Source: Lama glama (Eukaryota). From it: DNA of 64,000 bases. This document shows positions 39,411 to 52,003 of this stretch, piece after piece; position 1 is the first letter of the stretch, and each line of letters starts with the position of its first letter. The position numbers were made by a program, and so were the translations under genes. The stretch spans positions 88,910,001-88,974,000 of the forward strand of contig CM052816.1 of assembly GCA_028534125.1 (NCBI GenBank). The letters run 5' to 3'. The notes beneath the pieces are model-generated. The model saw only the letters and a program-made list of their open reading frames with translations, searched no databases and was not told where the DNA came from.

Positions 39411-39653
39411 TGCAGAAAGAAAAATAGCCTAATTATAACAGCATATCAACAAGAATATTGGCATTTATACTTGTCTCTAATATCTGTCATTTAAATCTCG
39501 CAATGGCCCAGTGATGTTCTATTATTATCCCATGTTGAAGAGATAAGCTTAAAATGTAAAATATGGAAACGTCTATGTATTAGAGTCCAGATTTAATTTC
39601 CGACAAATTATCCCAGGGTGAAAAAGAACAACAACAACAAAAAGTAAAGTCAC

Positions 39654-39687
39654 AATTGACTATTGGCCTGAGCACTGTTGGATAACA
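39654..39687 (-). pseudogene. Candidate relic micro-exon (34 nt)
   Basis: Strong acceptor tttatctttctcaaattttag|, weak donor att|gtgact. Frame not resolved. Confidence 0.3.
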
Positions 39688-40389
39688 CTAAAATTTGAGA
39701 AAGATAAACAACTGTAAGAAAACAATGTATAATTTTTAAATTGGTAGAAATCAGATTCATTTGTGACTGTGCTCACAAATAGTATTTCCCTAGGGAAAAA
39801 TTATATATACATATATATATATTTGTGTGTTTTTATACACACACACACGCACATGTATACATAAAGCATATGCATGTGTGTGTGTGTATGTGTGTGTAAT
39901 CACCACACACTTAAGTTAACTGTTAACCTCTTTCCATTGAAATCTGTGCTGTTTTCCAGCAGGCTTGATTTTTATACACACGATCATTTCATTAAATAAA
40001 TATATATTTTTAAATCTCCTTATACATCTTACAAAATACAGAACTTTGCTCTCCCCAATAATAACTTTGTTTCAGTAGGCCATTTTAGCTGAATGAGTAA
40101 GAATGTAGACTAAAGTTAGACACTTTCAGCTGACTTCCAGTCCTGTGGTCTTGCAAAAACTGTCTTCTTCATGCCTATTTCGTCACTGGTACAAGGAAGT
40201 TATCAATATCACTTTCCTCATTTAGTGCCTAATGCATGTAAAATGCTTCAGAACATGCCTAGGGTGTGGAAAGGACTCACTAAATGTTGAATAGTCAGTG
40301 CTGGCTGGTGAAGAAAAAAGCCACCCTCATATGTTTGTAACCAAAGCTTCCAGCCTGCACTCATGAGCGTCTCTTCCCTATGTTCCTTT

Positions 40390-41462
40390 CTTTCCCTGGA
40401 GGAGGGTTCCCTTCTCCTGTCAAGTGCCAGGTGTGAACTTGATTCTCTGACTCCTACCCCTCTCTTGTTCTCAAAGGCTCCTCTTCTCTAGAAGTCTTCT
40501 GTTTCCTAAAATTGTTTCACTCTACTCGTCTTCTTTCCAGTAGCATATCAGTGTGCTTGTTGTCTTCCATCTTAGAACAAGCCAGACATACTCTTGACAT
40601 TCTCTAGTCATTGGCTTATTTCTTTGTTCCCCAATACAAGCACATTTCTAAAAAGGACTATAAATATTTTCCATGTACTTGAATCTGTGTCACAGACGGT
40701 GCCACTCTGATCAGGTTTCTTCAGCCATCTCTTACCAAAACATACCCTTGTCTTTTTCCATTTTGCCAAATTCAGAGGTTACCTACCATTCTTCCATATT
40801 CTGGAGATCACCACATACGGATCTAGGACTTAACCTCTTGTCTGGTGTCCAGAGTTCCTTAAAAGATGCCTCATTGACATCTCTACTTAGAAAGATGTCT
40901 GAGGCTTACCAACCTTGCACTTTGGAGAACTTCTGACCTCCCTCCATAATCCACCTCCATTGTTCACCCCACCACGCCATTTTCCATGCAAGATCCCACT
41001 CATAATTCTTGATTCTACTTCCCTCACCAAGGCTCACCTCCTTCTACCACCTCTGCATTTTTTTTATTTTTTGGGGGGGAGGTAATTAGATTTATCTATT
41101 CATTTATTTATTTTTAATGGAAGTATACCTCTGCATCTTTAAGAAAGTTTCCTTTCCCCTCTGCTCCTAAAGCACACACCCGTTCTGATCACTACTTCTC
41201 CTACCTTCACCTGGACCAGCAGATTCTGTTGTGTGGCCTGATGACATGGTCTTCCAATTCAGAGCCCCCCTTCTCTCAGAGCCCTCTCGAAACATTCCCA
41301 TCAAAGGGGCAAGAATGATCTCAAAATACACAGCTGAGTATGTCAGTCTTTGTAGCTTGTGTAACATTGATTTACTGCACATAAGCTTCGTATGTGACTT
41401 TTCAATATTTTTTACACAACACTTGGTACATCTGTACAATATTTTATGAGTAAATGAATGAG
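40390..41462 (+). mobile_element. L2 LINE fragments
   Basis: Pyrimidine-rich body ending ...acacttggtaca...tgagtaaatgaatgagtga. Confidence 0.6.
41059..41126 (-). mobile_element. Truncated camelid-type (Vic-like) SINE tail
   Basis: ttttggggggaggtaattagatttat...tttttaatggaagta-type tail flanked by TSD acctctgcat (41049-41058 and 41127-41136). Confidence 0.7.
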
Positions 41463-41995
41463 TGATTTCAGTTATTTCACAGTCACTTTTAGGAGTAAGA
41501 TTATGGTTGATGATCCCAGAGTTCTAGACAGAAACCCCAGCTCTTCCACCTAGGAGTGGATTCAATTCTCTGCATTGTAATTCCCTCACCTCTAAAGTAA
41601 TCACAGCAACAATGGCATAGGATTGATTAAAAGGATAAGTGTGCTAATAGACACCAATCCATTAGAATCATGTTTGTTATGTATGATGTTGATGACAATG
41701 ACAATGAAGATGATATGATCAACAAATTTATCTGGATGTGAAGTTTTTATCCATGTTGTTTTTTAAAAAAGACAGCATTAATTACTTATCGGGGGAGCCT
41801 CTAGATCTCTAGAAATAAAAGGCGTTAATAAAAACTAAAATTTCAATTTTAAAAGAATATTTCCTTTTTCATAAATTGCTGTAGTGTATTTATTTGTTTC
41901 TTGCTTGTAGCATCAAATAATTTCCAAATCAGATGACCATGTGGTTTATTAACAACCAGATAAGCAGACAGTGCAGGAAGCTTTTGACGACTCAC

Positions 41996-42114
41996 GTGTG
42001 ACACAGAGTGGCAGATTAGAGCACCTGGCAAGATATTTTCAAAACAGAAACAAACATTTTCTTTGATTATCCATTTCTCCCAATAATTCCTCTGCATTGA
42101 ACTCCTGTTCACCA
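41996..42114 (-). pseudogene. Relic exon (119 nt)
   Basis: ctcctattcag| ... cac|gtgagt. Reads (S)GEQEFNAEELLGEMDNQRKCLFLF*KYLARCSNLPLCVT; the frame is ambiguous. Confidence 0.5.
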
Positions 42115-43622
42115 CTGAATAGGAGCACATTGTGATATTAACCATCAGAAAAAGTGACTTATTCACATCACGTTTCACAGTAAGTGAAATAAATGAAGAA
42201 GTTAGTGTCTGACTATGAAAGCTTGCATTTTTTGAAAAATGAACAAAAAATTTAGCCAAGAAATCAAATGAATGGTCCTTTTCCTTTTTTATTGAGATAA
42301 CATCTTGTGTCTTTCTAAATTTTCTCTCTTTTTTACTGGTTGCAATTATACTAGGATAATTATACTGACATTGAGAGACAAATGTCAGCTTCTCTACTTT
42401 TTTTCCCCTGTGTCTGACAGCCAAGATAATTTGGATTCAATTCAATAGAAGCTACATTTCCCTTTTTGGCCATTAAAACCTGCATTAGGGTTTAAAAGAC
42501 CTTCAGTAACCACCCTAGCCTTCATCCAAGGAAAAAAAATCAATTTTCCAGGATTTCTATAGCTCTTTTTTGGTTTCCATAGCAGTCAAGGGCAAGCTGA
42601 GAAGAAGGAGGAAAAAAAGAAAAAGATTTATTTCCAACTCTAGTGAAAGCTGAGTCCCAAGATAAAAGAAAAAGCCAAGTATAATGAGAAAAAGGGAAAG
42701 TAAGAGAAAGCAAATTCCTGTAGGTCTGTACTGAATATGACCTTTGTTCTGAACATTCAAAGGGTAATAAATTATATGAGCACATAGGACATCATTTGTG
42801 TCATTGAAGCTCTACCTATTGCTTGACTAGGGAGCCAAGGGACAATACACAGATGGAGGGCAATGAATTTATGAAATTATGTGCCGGCTCCCAGGATAGG
42901 GCTTGAAATGTGCACTTGCTATTGGCGCTGGATCCGGGGCTTTGTTGCCCTAACGCCAGTGCTGCATGCTCAGACTCTGCTTTCTGTGCCAAAGTCAGAT
43001 GCTCAGATTTGAAAACTAAAATTTATCAAGTTTTAGCGCTGCCTCTCCAAAGCCAAATGATAATGGCATAAAAAAGGTACATTTTTTAAAAACTTCAATT
43101 TAAAAGTAGAACTGCCACATTAACATAAATTCACTCTCCTCCAAAAATTCAGATATGAAACATTTCCCTGTCTATGAGCTCATTTAAAAGTGGTTAGAGA
43201 GCTTTTTCTCTGTCTACTTCTGTTTCATTGGGTACTATGGCAGTATGCCGATTTCCTCTGGCTTCCAGATTTAGATAAATATTTATTTTCTCTGTCCTGG
43301 ACACTGATCATATCCCTTGATCTTAAGAACTACTTTAATGTGAATAATAATTCAGAGAAATTAAGGTGGCCCTATTTAATGGAATAGTCTGTAGCCAGTT
43401 TTTAAAACTATGGTTCCATTGTAAGCCACAAGCTCATATTCCATTTCATCCTGAGGATACAAAGTTATGTTTCATTTTATGATACTGAAGCTCCTACACA
43501 TCCTCTTCTGAATACATTATGCACATAATATAAAAAACTCTAGAAACTTCCAATATTCTCCATAATAGGAAATGCTTATTACGTGCTCACACATTATAGT
43601 CCTGAAGTCCTAACCCCTGTGT

Positions 43623-43800
43623 CAGCAGTTCTCATTCTCTGTTGCACCACAGACTCATCAAAGGAATCATATAAAAAGTATCTTTGCCCTGGCCTTACCC
43701 CTGACCAATTAAATCAGAATCTCTGAAAGTAGGACTTAGACATTGATGCTTTTTAAAGCTCCCCAGTTGATTCTAATGTGCAGCTAGACTTGGGAACACT
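43623..43800. mobile_element. MER5A DNA transposon
   Basis: cagcagttctca...aaatcagaatctctg...aaagctccccagttgattctaatgtgcagc. Confidence 0.9.
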
Positions 43801-43910
43801 CTTCTACATAATGGGATATTCTGTCTTGGTGGAAGCAAAACAAGGGTGCACTGAGGAAGTGTAACCAAGTAAAGACTAATCCTAGATCAGTGATCCTAAA
43901 AATAAAATTT

Positions 43911-43946
43911 ATTAAATTAAATTAAATTAAATTAAATTAAATTAAA
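43911..43946. repeat. (ATTAA)n
   Basis: Direct observation. Confidence 0.95.
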
Positions 43947-43961
43947 AAAAAAGTACGTTAC

Positions 43962-44007
43962 CTTTCTGCTAACTTGTTAATTTTTAGCAAGACCAAAATT
44001 AAGGATG
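43962..44007 (-). pseudogene. Relic exon (46 nt), SPRY NFG motif
   Basis: tttttttttaatatag| ... aag|gtaacg. Splices in phase 2 to the previous exon to give ...LFPIGSCLHNGQESILNFGLAK. One extra base then shifts to INKLAE. Confidence 0.6.
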
Positions 44008-44214
44008 CTATATTAAAAAAAAATCACCAGATTTGTTTGTTTCAAATTTACTTTGCATTTCCTTTATGCATATTGTTTTCATAGTAAGATTAACATATAA
44101 GGTATTTAAAAGGATAGGAGTTACTTGTATGTGGAAAAGGAATGTGTGAATGTGAACACTGTGTTATAAACTATACACAGTGAATTTGCTACTATAAAAC
44201 AGAATATAAAATAC

Positions 44215-44272
44215 CTTTCCTGCCCATTGTGCAAACAAGAACCAATGGGAAACAGCACACACTGGATGTCTA
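44215..44272 (-). pseudogene. Relic exon (58 nt), SPRY C-terminal strand
   Basis: gtttttctag| ... aag|gtattt. Reads DIQCVLFPIGSCLHNGQE. Confidence 0.6.
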
Positions 44273-44309
44273 CTAGAAAAACATGTATGGGGAAATTTAG
44301 GTCATCAGC

Positions 44310-45160
44310 ATGTGTGTAGGTCCCCTGTCCATTCTAGGACAACACTCAGAGACCTGACACAGTCATTTCAGACTCTGAAAGGGCGGCCTGCTCTTGAGCT
44401 GTAGGACTGTGAGCTGCATGATTAGGGGAGTTTAGACCTCTTTCTGGTTTGAGCAAGGCTATGACACAGAGCAACACAACACGGTAGAAGCTTGGCTCTA
44501 ACTCTACCCTGGTGGCCTGGTGTTAGCAGTTGGGCATAACACCAGCCCTTCCTGGGGTATGATTAAACACCGGGTCCAGTCCTCATGGGGGCAGTTATGT
44601 AAACTGGCACGTTAGTGGCGGTGTTTGCTCTGTGTCTATGTATGAATAGCATACACGATTCATGGTGGGGAGAAGCTGGAGCCACTCCTCTGATGTTACT
44701 GGGCCTAGAATCCTTGAGATTTGGCCAGTTGATGGTGTTAAACGCAGGGCCATTGCCAGTTGTGCTCAGGACTGTACTAACAGGGGCCAAATCTTCTCCT
44801 GGGAGGCTAACCAGGAAGAGCTCCATCTTGAACAAGCTAGCACTTATCACTGCTCAGTCTATGTCTCGCATGCAAAGGATAGCACGGTACCCCTTATGTC
44901 AGCATCCCGTCCCATGTAGCTTGTGAGGGCTATCAGGTTAATCATCAGCTTCCCAACTGACTCTACAAACTTATTATAAATGGCTGAGTATCGCCCTGAG
45001 GATGCAGACCACACATTCCTCAGGCTGACAGAGCGGGTTAATTTTTAAGAAAAACCTACGGGTATGCATTGTCTAGTCTAGGAAGCATAATACAGGTGGC
45101 CTTCTTGGTGAATCAGTACCTACAGCCATGTTCCTAGTGTCCTGCAATCCCCAGGGGTTC
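44310..45160. mobile_element. Probable ancient LTR element (family not identified)
   Basis: GC-elevated ~0.85-kb block with no coherent coding frame or splice pattern. Confidence 0.35.
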
Positions 45161-45254
45161 CAAATCATTACAGAGAAAGAAAGCCATCCTGCACAGCTTT
45201 CTCAGCCCCATGCCCCCATATAACAGACATTGGATTAAAAATGCATGGACTCAA

Positions 45255-45600
45255 TAAAATAATGTTAGCTAATATTTATTGGGCACTTAACATGAGTCAG
45301 GAGCCATTCTCAGTATTTTCATTTAAAGGTTCCTTATTCTTCACAACAACTTTGCTTTTTTTTTTTTTAGAGAAAAGTCTGGAGGTTTGCTCAACAGCAG
45401 TCAAATCACAGTTGTTCATGGTAAGTCAGGTCCCCACAAAGCTCAGTTTTCCAGACGGAGATGACAGGTTGCAGGTTATCATTATTATCTCATTTTTAGA
45501 GAAGATTGAGGCTTTAAGAGGTAAAGCCACGACCCAAAGATTGTGAGGCAAGTAAGTGTCAGAGCTTGATTTCAAATTATGCACCATGGATCTTGACTCT
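45255..45600 (-). mobile_element. MIR SINE (interrupted)
   Basis: agctaatatttattgggcactta...attatctcatttttagagaagattgaggctt. Confidence 0.7.
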
Positions 45601-46464
45601 CCATGGAGGCTTGTCAAGGCAAGAGTGAAGTACATTTTTGGATCATGAATTGTCAAGGAGCCCCAGTGACAGTGAGAAGACGAGTTAGGATGTAATTGCA
45701 ATGGTTAAGGTGACTTAACAGGATATGTCATTGGAACAGGAAACAAGTGGACAGATTCAAGAATTATTTAGGGAATTTGAATCAGTAAGATTTGGTGATT
45801 GAGTGTTTTGTAGCAGGTAAGCAAGAAAGATGTATCCATCACTGTTCTCAGTTTCCTGTCAGGTGAAAGGAGATAGGGCTCACTGGCAATAAAGGAGGTG
45901 TGTGTCTGAAAGGTCACGGATTTAGTTTTGGTTGTGATAAATTCAAGAGAACTATGATGTTTCAATTAGAGTCATCAGGCAGGTGTTTGTGTATTTACAT
46001 TTCCTCTGATCATCACGATCAAAGAAGACACTTTGGCTGGAGTTTTGAATTGAGTATTGCAGTGAAGCTATAGAAGGCGAATAAATTATAAAAAAAGGGG
46101 GAAATAAAGGAAAAGTGTTCAGAGACCATCTATGCAACTTTTCATTTAGAACCCAGTCCACAGAATAGCAGCCCACACTTTGGGTTGAGAAGAATGGTCT
46201 AGAGAAGAAGCAAAATGATGCCTAAGGTTAGGGGATCTCAAGTGTAAATGAGATGGAAGAAAGGAAAAATATATTTTCAGTCATAGAAATTAAAAAGGAA
46301 GTGAAACCACATAAAACTTGACAGTTGCCAAAATTGTGGTTAAGGCATCAAGATAGCATTCAAAGGCACCTGTGTGATTTCTAGTCTGGGTGTGATAAAA
46401 CAACAATACTGAAGTACTTGTGAATTTTGTAAGCTGGGGAAGGGGGTTGATTTTGACCTAATTT

Positions 46465-47739
46465 CTAGGAATTATCTTTTTTATTCCTGAGCAGTAGATC
46501 TTAACAGTGGATTTAAAATATTCAGTAAACCATATTGTAAGCTGATGTGCTGTCATCCAAGTGTTGTCGTTCCATGTATAGAGCTCCGGCAGAGTAGCTT
46601 TAGCATAATTCTCAAGGGCCCGAGGATGTTTGGAATGGTGAATGAGCATTGGCTTCAATGTAAAGTCACCAGCTGCATTAGCTCTTAACAAGAGTCAGCC
46701 TGTTCTTAGAAGCTTTGAGGCCAGGCATTGACTTCCCATTCGCTTTCAAATTCCTACATGGTATCTTCTCCCAGTAGAAGGCGGTTTTGTCTACATAAAA
46801 ACCTGTTGTTTGGTGCAGCCATGTTCATTAGTGATCTGAACTAGACCCTCTGGATAACTTGCTGCCGGTTTTCCACATCAGCACTTGCTGCTTCACCCTG
46901 AACTTCTGTGTTATAGAAATGGCTTCTTTCTTTAAACCTCATGAACCAGACTCTGCTAGCTTCAGACTTTTCTTTTGCAGTTTCCTAACCTCTCTCAGTC
47001 GTCACAGAATTGAAGAGAGTTTGGGCCTTGCTCTGGATTAGGCTTTGGCTTAAGGGAATGTTGTGGCTGGTTTGATCTTTTACCCTGACCACTGAAACAT
47101 TCTCCATATCAGCAATAAGTCTGTTTCACTAATTTATCATTTGTGTGTTCCCTGGAGGAGCATTGTTAACTTCCTTTAAGAATTTTTCCTTTGCATTCAC
47201 AGCTTGGCTGTTTGGTGTAAGAAGCCTATCTTTGGTCCTAGTTTGGCTTTCTGCATGCCTTCCTCGCTAAGCTTAACTATTTCTAGCTTTTGATTTAAAG
47301 TGAAAAATGTGTGACTCTCCCTCTCACTTGAATATTTACAGTCCATTGTAGGGTCATTAATTGATCTAATTTCAGTATTATTGTGTTTTAAGGAACAAGG
47401 AGGCCAGTCAGGGAAAGACCAGTCAAGGAAGCAGTCAGAACACAGAAGATTTATGGATTAAATTTGCCATCTTGCATGGGTGCCCCAAAACAATGACAAA
47501 AATAACATCAAAGTTCACTGCTCACAGATCACCGTAACAAAGCAGAACAAAATGAAAATGTTTGAAATATTCCAAGAATTACCAAAATGTGACACAGAGA
47601 CACAAAGTGAGCAAATGTTGTTGGAAAAAATGGCACTGAGACTTGCTTGACACAGGGTTGCCCCAGACCTTCAATTTGTAACAATTGCAGTATCTGTGAA
47701 GAACAACGAAGTGAAGCATGATAAAATGAGGTATGACTG
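46465..47739 (-). mobile_element. Tigger1 DNA transposon, 5' portion with transposase remnant
   Basis: [28 protein letters not shown]...[16 protein letters not shown]. Terminus aaaatgaggtatgactg matches the Tigger1 TIR. Confidence 0.93.
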
Positions 47740-47859
47740 TGCTAAATAAATAAATAAATGGATAAAGGAAATATCTCCTGACTTCAGTGGGATCTACTTT
47801 TTTATCTGAGGATGAAAGAACAAGAGAATAAAATCTTGAAAGTCATTGGGAAACCTGGG

Positions 47860-48035
47860 ACCTGCCCTCAATACTGTTAAATATGAGTTGTTCCACTTTT
47901 GTAAAGTTAACTGTTTTTTGAATCTTACTGTCTTTATCTGCAGAATGGAAATTGCCATGCCCCACTTAGGGTGTTCTTAGAGATTATTTTTCAAGTGTCT
48001 GGCACGGTAGCTGGTGCAAAGTAGTAACTCAGTCC
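47860..48035 (+). mobile_element. MIR SINE
   Basis: tttatctgcagaatgg...agtgtctggcacggtag. Confidence 0.65.
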
Positions 48036-48542
48036 TGTTCACTATCATGTTGAAAGTGATGGCCACACAAAGGGTAATGTGGGGTAATGTAACCAGTGCT
48101 TCAGAAACTGAGAAAGGGAAACATTTATTTCTGAGTAGGATAAAGAAGGATCTGTCTTGAATTAGTCAGAATTTGGCTGGCAGACAAAGGAAAGGGTGCT
48201 TTTTAGGCAGAGACAGCCGTCTGCACTACTGTACACAGAAGTGGGGACGTCTGGGAAGCCGGGGGACCACGGGAGAGGGCAGGGGCAGATACTGGGAAAG
48301 GAATCTTCAGATCTATAGTTTTTCCTCAGATCTATAGTTCTAATTTCTTACCAGGCATTGCTATTGACTTTCCCCAGACACTTCAAACACAAAATGCCTG
48401 GAAAGAAACTTACTATCTTTTCTCCAAATACATACTTCTGTTTCTTTATTCATTGGCAGTGATGTATGTCCATCCTCCTAACCCAAGGTGGAAAAAATGG
48501 AGTTGTCTTCAATGTAAACGAAACAAGTAAAATTTGCTATCT

Positions 48543-49246
48543 GAGTGCTGGAGAGGGTGCGGAGAAAAGGGAACCCTCCTACACTGTTGGTGGGAATGAG
48601 TTTGGTGCACATAATGGAAACTAGTATGGAGATTCCTTAAAAAAAATAAAAACAGACTTACCATATGATCCAGCAATCTCATTCCTGTGCACATATCTGA
48701 AGGAAACTCTAATTCAAAAAGATACAGGTACCCCCAATGTTCATAGCAGCACTATTTACAATAGCCAAAACATGGAAGCAACCTAATGTCCATTGACAGA
48801 TGATTGGATAAAAAAGTTGTGGCGTATATGTACAATGGAATTCTACTCATCCATGAAAAAAAATAAAATAATGCCATTTGCAGCAACATGGATGGACCTG
48901 AAGAATGTCATTCTAAGTGAAGTAAGCCAGAAAGAGAAAGAAAATTACCATATGATATCACTAATATGTGGAATCTAAATAAATGACACAAATGAACTGT
49001 TTTACAAAACAGAAACAGACTCACAGACATAGAAAACAAACTTATGGTTGCCAGGGGAGAAAGGAGGGATGAATAGAAGGATAAATTGGGAGTTCAAGAT
49101 TTGTAGATACTAAGTACTATATATAAAATAGATGAACAACAAGGTTCTACTACTGTGTAGCATAGGAAACTATATTAAATACCTTGTAATGGCCTATAAT
49201 GAAAAAGAATATGAAAAGGAATATATATGTATTACAGAATCACTAT
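48543..49246 (+). mobile_element. L1 3' end (5'-truncated)
   Basis: gctggagagggtgcggagaaaagggaaccctcctacactgttggtggg. ORF2 C-terminus MPFAATWMDL. 3'UTR present. Confidence 0.93.
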
Positions 49247-49630
49247 ACATAGTGAGTGATTGGGGAACCTGAGTAGGTGTGAGAGAGAGGATGCTAATTT
49301 TGTATTTACGTATCTAGTTCAGATGCTTCTCTGACACTGCATCCAGAATACATTCGATTAGTCTTCCTTCTAATTATGTCTCATCTAAAAGCTCGTTTTC
49401 ATTGTCCCCCAAACCATTTAAGATTAGAAATTGTGCTGCCGTGTACTCTGTATCCTGTGTTTGCCTGTGCTTTCCTTTTGCTGTAGGTGAAGTGAATGTT
49501 AAGAGTTATGCATATAGTTCTCAAAAGGAAGTCGTGTCTATAGGCCAAACAGGAACATTCAAGCTGATATAAATGTTTATGATTTCTGTCTATCTTAATT
49601 ATGTTCTTTGATATTTATTTGAACACTTAC

Positions 49631-49668
49631 CTTTGGGAAAGAATACATAGGTATATTTTCCTCACTTA
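49631..49668 (-). pseudogene. Relic micro-exon (38 nt)
   Basis: aatctag| ... aag|gtaagtg (consensus donor). Reads (V)SEENIPMYSFPK, phase-compatible with the preceding exon. Confidence 0.5.
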
Positions 49669-50489
49669 CTAGATTATTAAATATGCATGCTTGGCTTTGA
49701 CATGAATTTAATTAGTGACATATTTCCCTCAGACTTTTGGTTTACAGTCAGTTAAAATTGTCTTTGAGCTACATTTGTGCTAAATGTTTTGCTGGTGTGT
49801 TTTCTTATTCTGGTTTATTCATTCTGGCAGTATTTATTGAGCATAGGCTACATACCATATTTTAATATTTTCTCATTTATACTGGTTTGATCACAATGTA
49901 CATAACCTCAAATAATGCACTTTAAAATAAATTGAAAAAGCTGGATTAGATGCAAGAAAGCTATTTACTGATAAGCTTATTGAACTAGAAAATATAAATT
50001 CAGTATTAAAAGCCAAAATACAGTAGTTCCTGTCTTTATTTTCAGTACATTTGCTTTTTCAACTAACCAGGTTTATGAGATTAATATAAAATCAAGGTGA
50101 CTTAGTTATCTGTTCTCAGTACATGAAAGAAAAAATATTTCCAAATTAAACCACATTCTTACCAAAGTAGACACCCTCAATATATTTATGGTTCTCATGG
50201 TTCCAATAAGAATATAAATGAACTCTATTGACAATTAGCTTAATATCTTATCAGACAATTATGGCAATTCAGGTTTCCCCTGCTATCTCAAAGTAGAGTG
50301 TTTCTATGAAATCAAGATGAAATAGTGTAAAACAAAGCAATTTCAATCCTTGCCTTTTTGAAAAATAAAAAAAAGTGAAAATCGTCTTCAAATTTCTTTA
50401 TGTTTCAGAAACAGGCACTCATGTAGGTCTTTTTTTTTTTTTGTAAAAGTGAAGTGGCATAAAGTGAACTTTTGAAAAGCAGGGGTTAC

Positions 50490-50630
50490 CTGTAATCTAG
50501 TTGAGGGTATTAAGTTTGACTAAATCATACTTAATGCAAGATCCACTGCTTACATCTTCTTGTGATTCAAAATGACTTCGTTCTTTTAAGTTACTTTTTA
50601 GTAATTAACATGCGTATTGGTTTTTCAGTC
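50490..50630 (-). pseudogene. Relic exon (141 nt, phase 1-1)
   Basis: ctcag| ... cag|gtaacc. Reads GLKNQYAC*LLKSNLKERSHFESQEDVSSGSCIKYDLVKLNTLN*IT. Confidence 0.5.
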
Positions 50631-50726
50631 CTGAGTTCGATGACATACAGAGTAACGTTTTGTGTATTATACTAGCACAAAATGCTTTTGGAGTGGGTCC
50701 TTGAATTTCATACTAAAGTCCTTCTT

Positions 50727-50761
50727 GGGCGATATAGCTCAGTGGTAGAGCATTTGCCTGA
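50727..50761 (+). pseudogene. Tailless tRNA 5'-half retrocopy (tRNA-Cys-like)
   Basis: gggcgatatagctcagtggtagagcatttgcctg versus tRNA-Cys GGGGGTATAGCTCAGTGGTAGAGCATTTGACTG. 23-bp TSD (22/23 identical), no polyA. Confidence 0.8.
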
Positions 50762-51152
50762 AATTTCATACTAACGTCCTTCTTTTTAATTGATAACAGA
50801 CATACTTGTTTTATGAAAGAATGAGTGAATGAATGAATGAACAATTTGTAATTAAGTTAGACTGATGAAGAGAATTGCAGGACTAAATATTTAGGTAATT
50901 ACTCTCTTCCATTGGTACGGACTTTTAGTTCTTCTGTAAACACATTTTCTGTCCATATGGAAACTTTTAAATTTCTTAGTGTCTGAGTGCACAAACGTAT
51001 TAAGATGAATTTACTTATGGTTACTCTGTTATGATTTTAAATCATCCTATCTTAGAATGTGTATCTTAGATTTAAAATTCTTATGGGTGGGAGGGCAAAT
51101 GATATCTTTGCAGTCCTTGTTGTGTATTTCCTAATTAAAAAAAAAATCCTAC

Positions 51153-51495
51153 ACAGGTGTATACAGAAGCTTTAGGTATGTATAGTGTAAAATAATAACA
51201 GTGACAATAATATCACTTTCAAAACAATCATCTTTAAAAATGGCAGGATTTCCTGACAGATAGAAATATGACGTTAGCATATTTAATCTGCTAATTGTGT
51301 CATCCTGAACACATGCCCAACTGTTGTGATGAAGGATAAAACCAGGCTTTATGCTATTGCTTGGATTCAGTATAAAGGATATTCCACCCAGAGCAGGAGG
51401 CATTGTATGCACTGTCTTATTTAAAAATCTTGCCATTTGGCACCTAAGCCCCGCGGCAGAATTCCAACCAAATTGTAAGTAGGAATGACGCCAAC
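51153..51495 (-). pseudogene. Relic exon, SPRY-like core
   Basis: Acceptor ctttctgctcatctgttag|. Stop-free for ~113 codons: GWRHSYLQFGWNSAAGLRCQMARFLNKTVHTMPPALGGISFILNP...HNSWACVQDD...FKDDCFESDIIVTVIILHYTYLKLLYTP. YLQFGW and ESDIIVTVII resemble the SPRY xxQiGW and GDvIgvxld motifs. Confidence 0.65.
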
Positions 51496-52003
51496 CTAAC
51501 AGATGAGCAGAAAGCGCCAAGGCCCAGAGTCCACGTTCACATATCAAATATGTTTACTCAGGGCAGAATTCCCAGGTATAAGTCTTCAAACATGTTCAGG
51601 AAAACTATGCCAACATGAAGAGGTTGCCCTGCCTTTAATTCCCCCTAGAACAAGGATTAACCTTGAATTTTTAGTTTTAGAGATGCAATTTAGCCACGAA
51701 GCTCTGCTATCTTTCTAAGCTGGAGAAAGAATAGGTAGTTTTGGATTTCTGCATTTAATTGCTCAGTCCTTACTCTATTGTTTATCTAGTCATTTATCGT
51801 AATTGCAATCATTTAAATGTCATGAATTCAAAAATTTTGTGTTGATTGCATCATACTAAACTATTCATTACTAAACTACTGTTTATTAATGATGTAGCGA
51901 TACAATATTATAGGACTGACTTTTTTTAAAACAATGATTACTGATTTCTTTAATATTCCCACAACATTCACTCCAAGCTGTAAGTAAGGTTATGAATAAT
52001 TAC

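Noticed and set aside
39800..39910. (CA)n...(TG)n fold-back as a structured RNA
   Set aside because: A common compound microsatellite; the self-complementarity is trivial.
41849..42424. 191-aa ORF as an intact single-exon gene
   Set aside because: It has no real ATG start and no recognisable domain. Only the 41996-42114 part has splice signals, and that part reads better in another frame.
43962..44007. ILNFGLAK as a kinase DFG motif (RIPK4/ANKK1-like kinase plus ankyrins)
   Set aside because: No GxGxxG, VAIK, HRD or APE motifs appear in the neighbouring exons. The upstream LFPxxS context fits the SPRY NFG motif better.
44563..44926. Three overlapping 85-103 aa ORFs
   Set aside because: Expected in a locally GC-richer block. 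No domain or splice support; probably an old LTR.
46458..46691. Tigger transposase ORF as a domesticated TIGD gene
   Set aside because: It is a short, disrupted fragment within an ordinary truncated Tigger1 copy.
50727..50761. Functional tRNA gene
   Set aside because: Only the 5' half is present, with no B-box/T-arm and no terminator.
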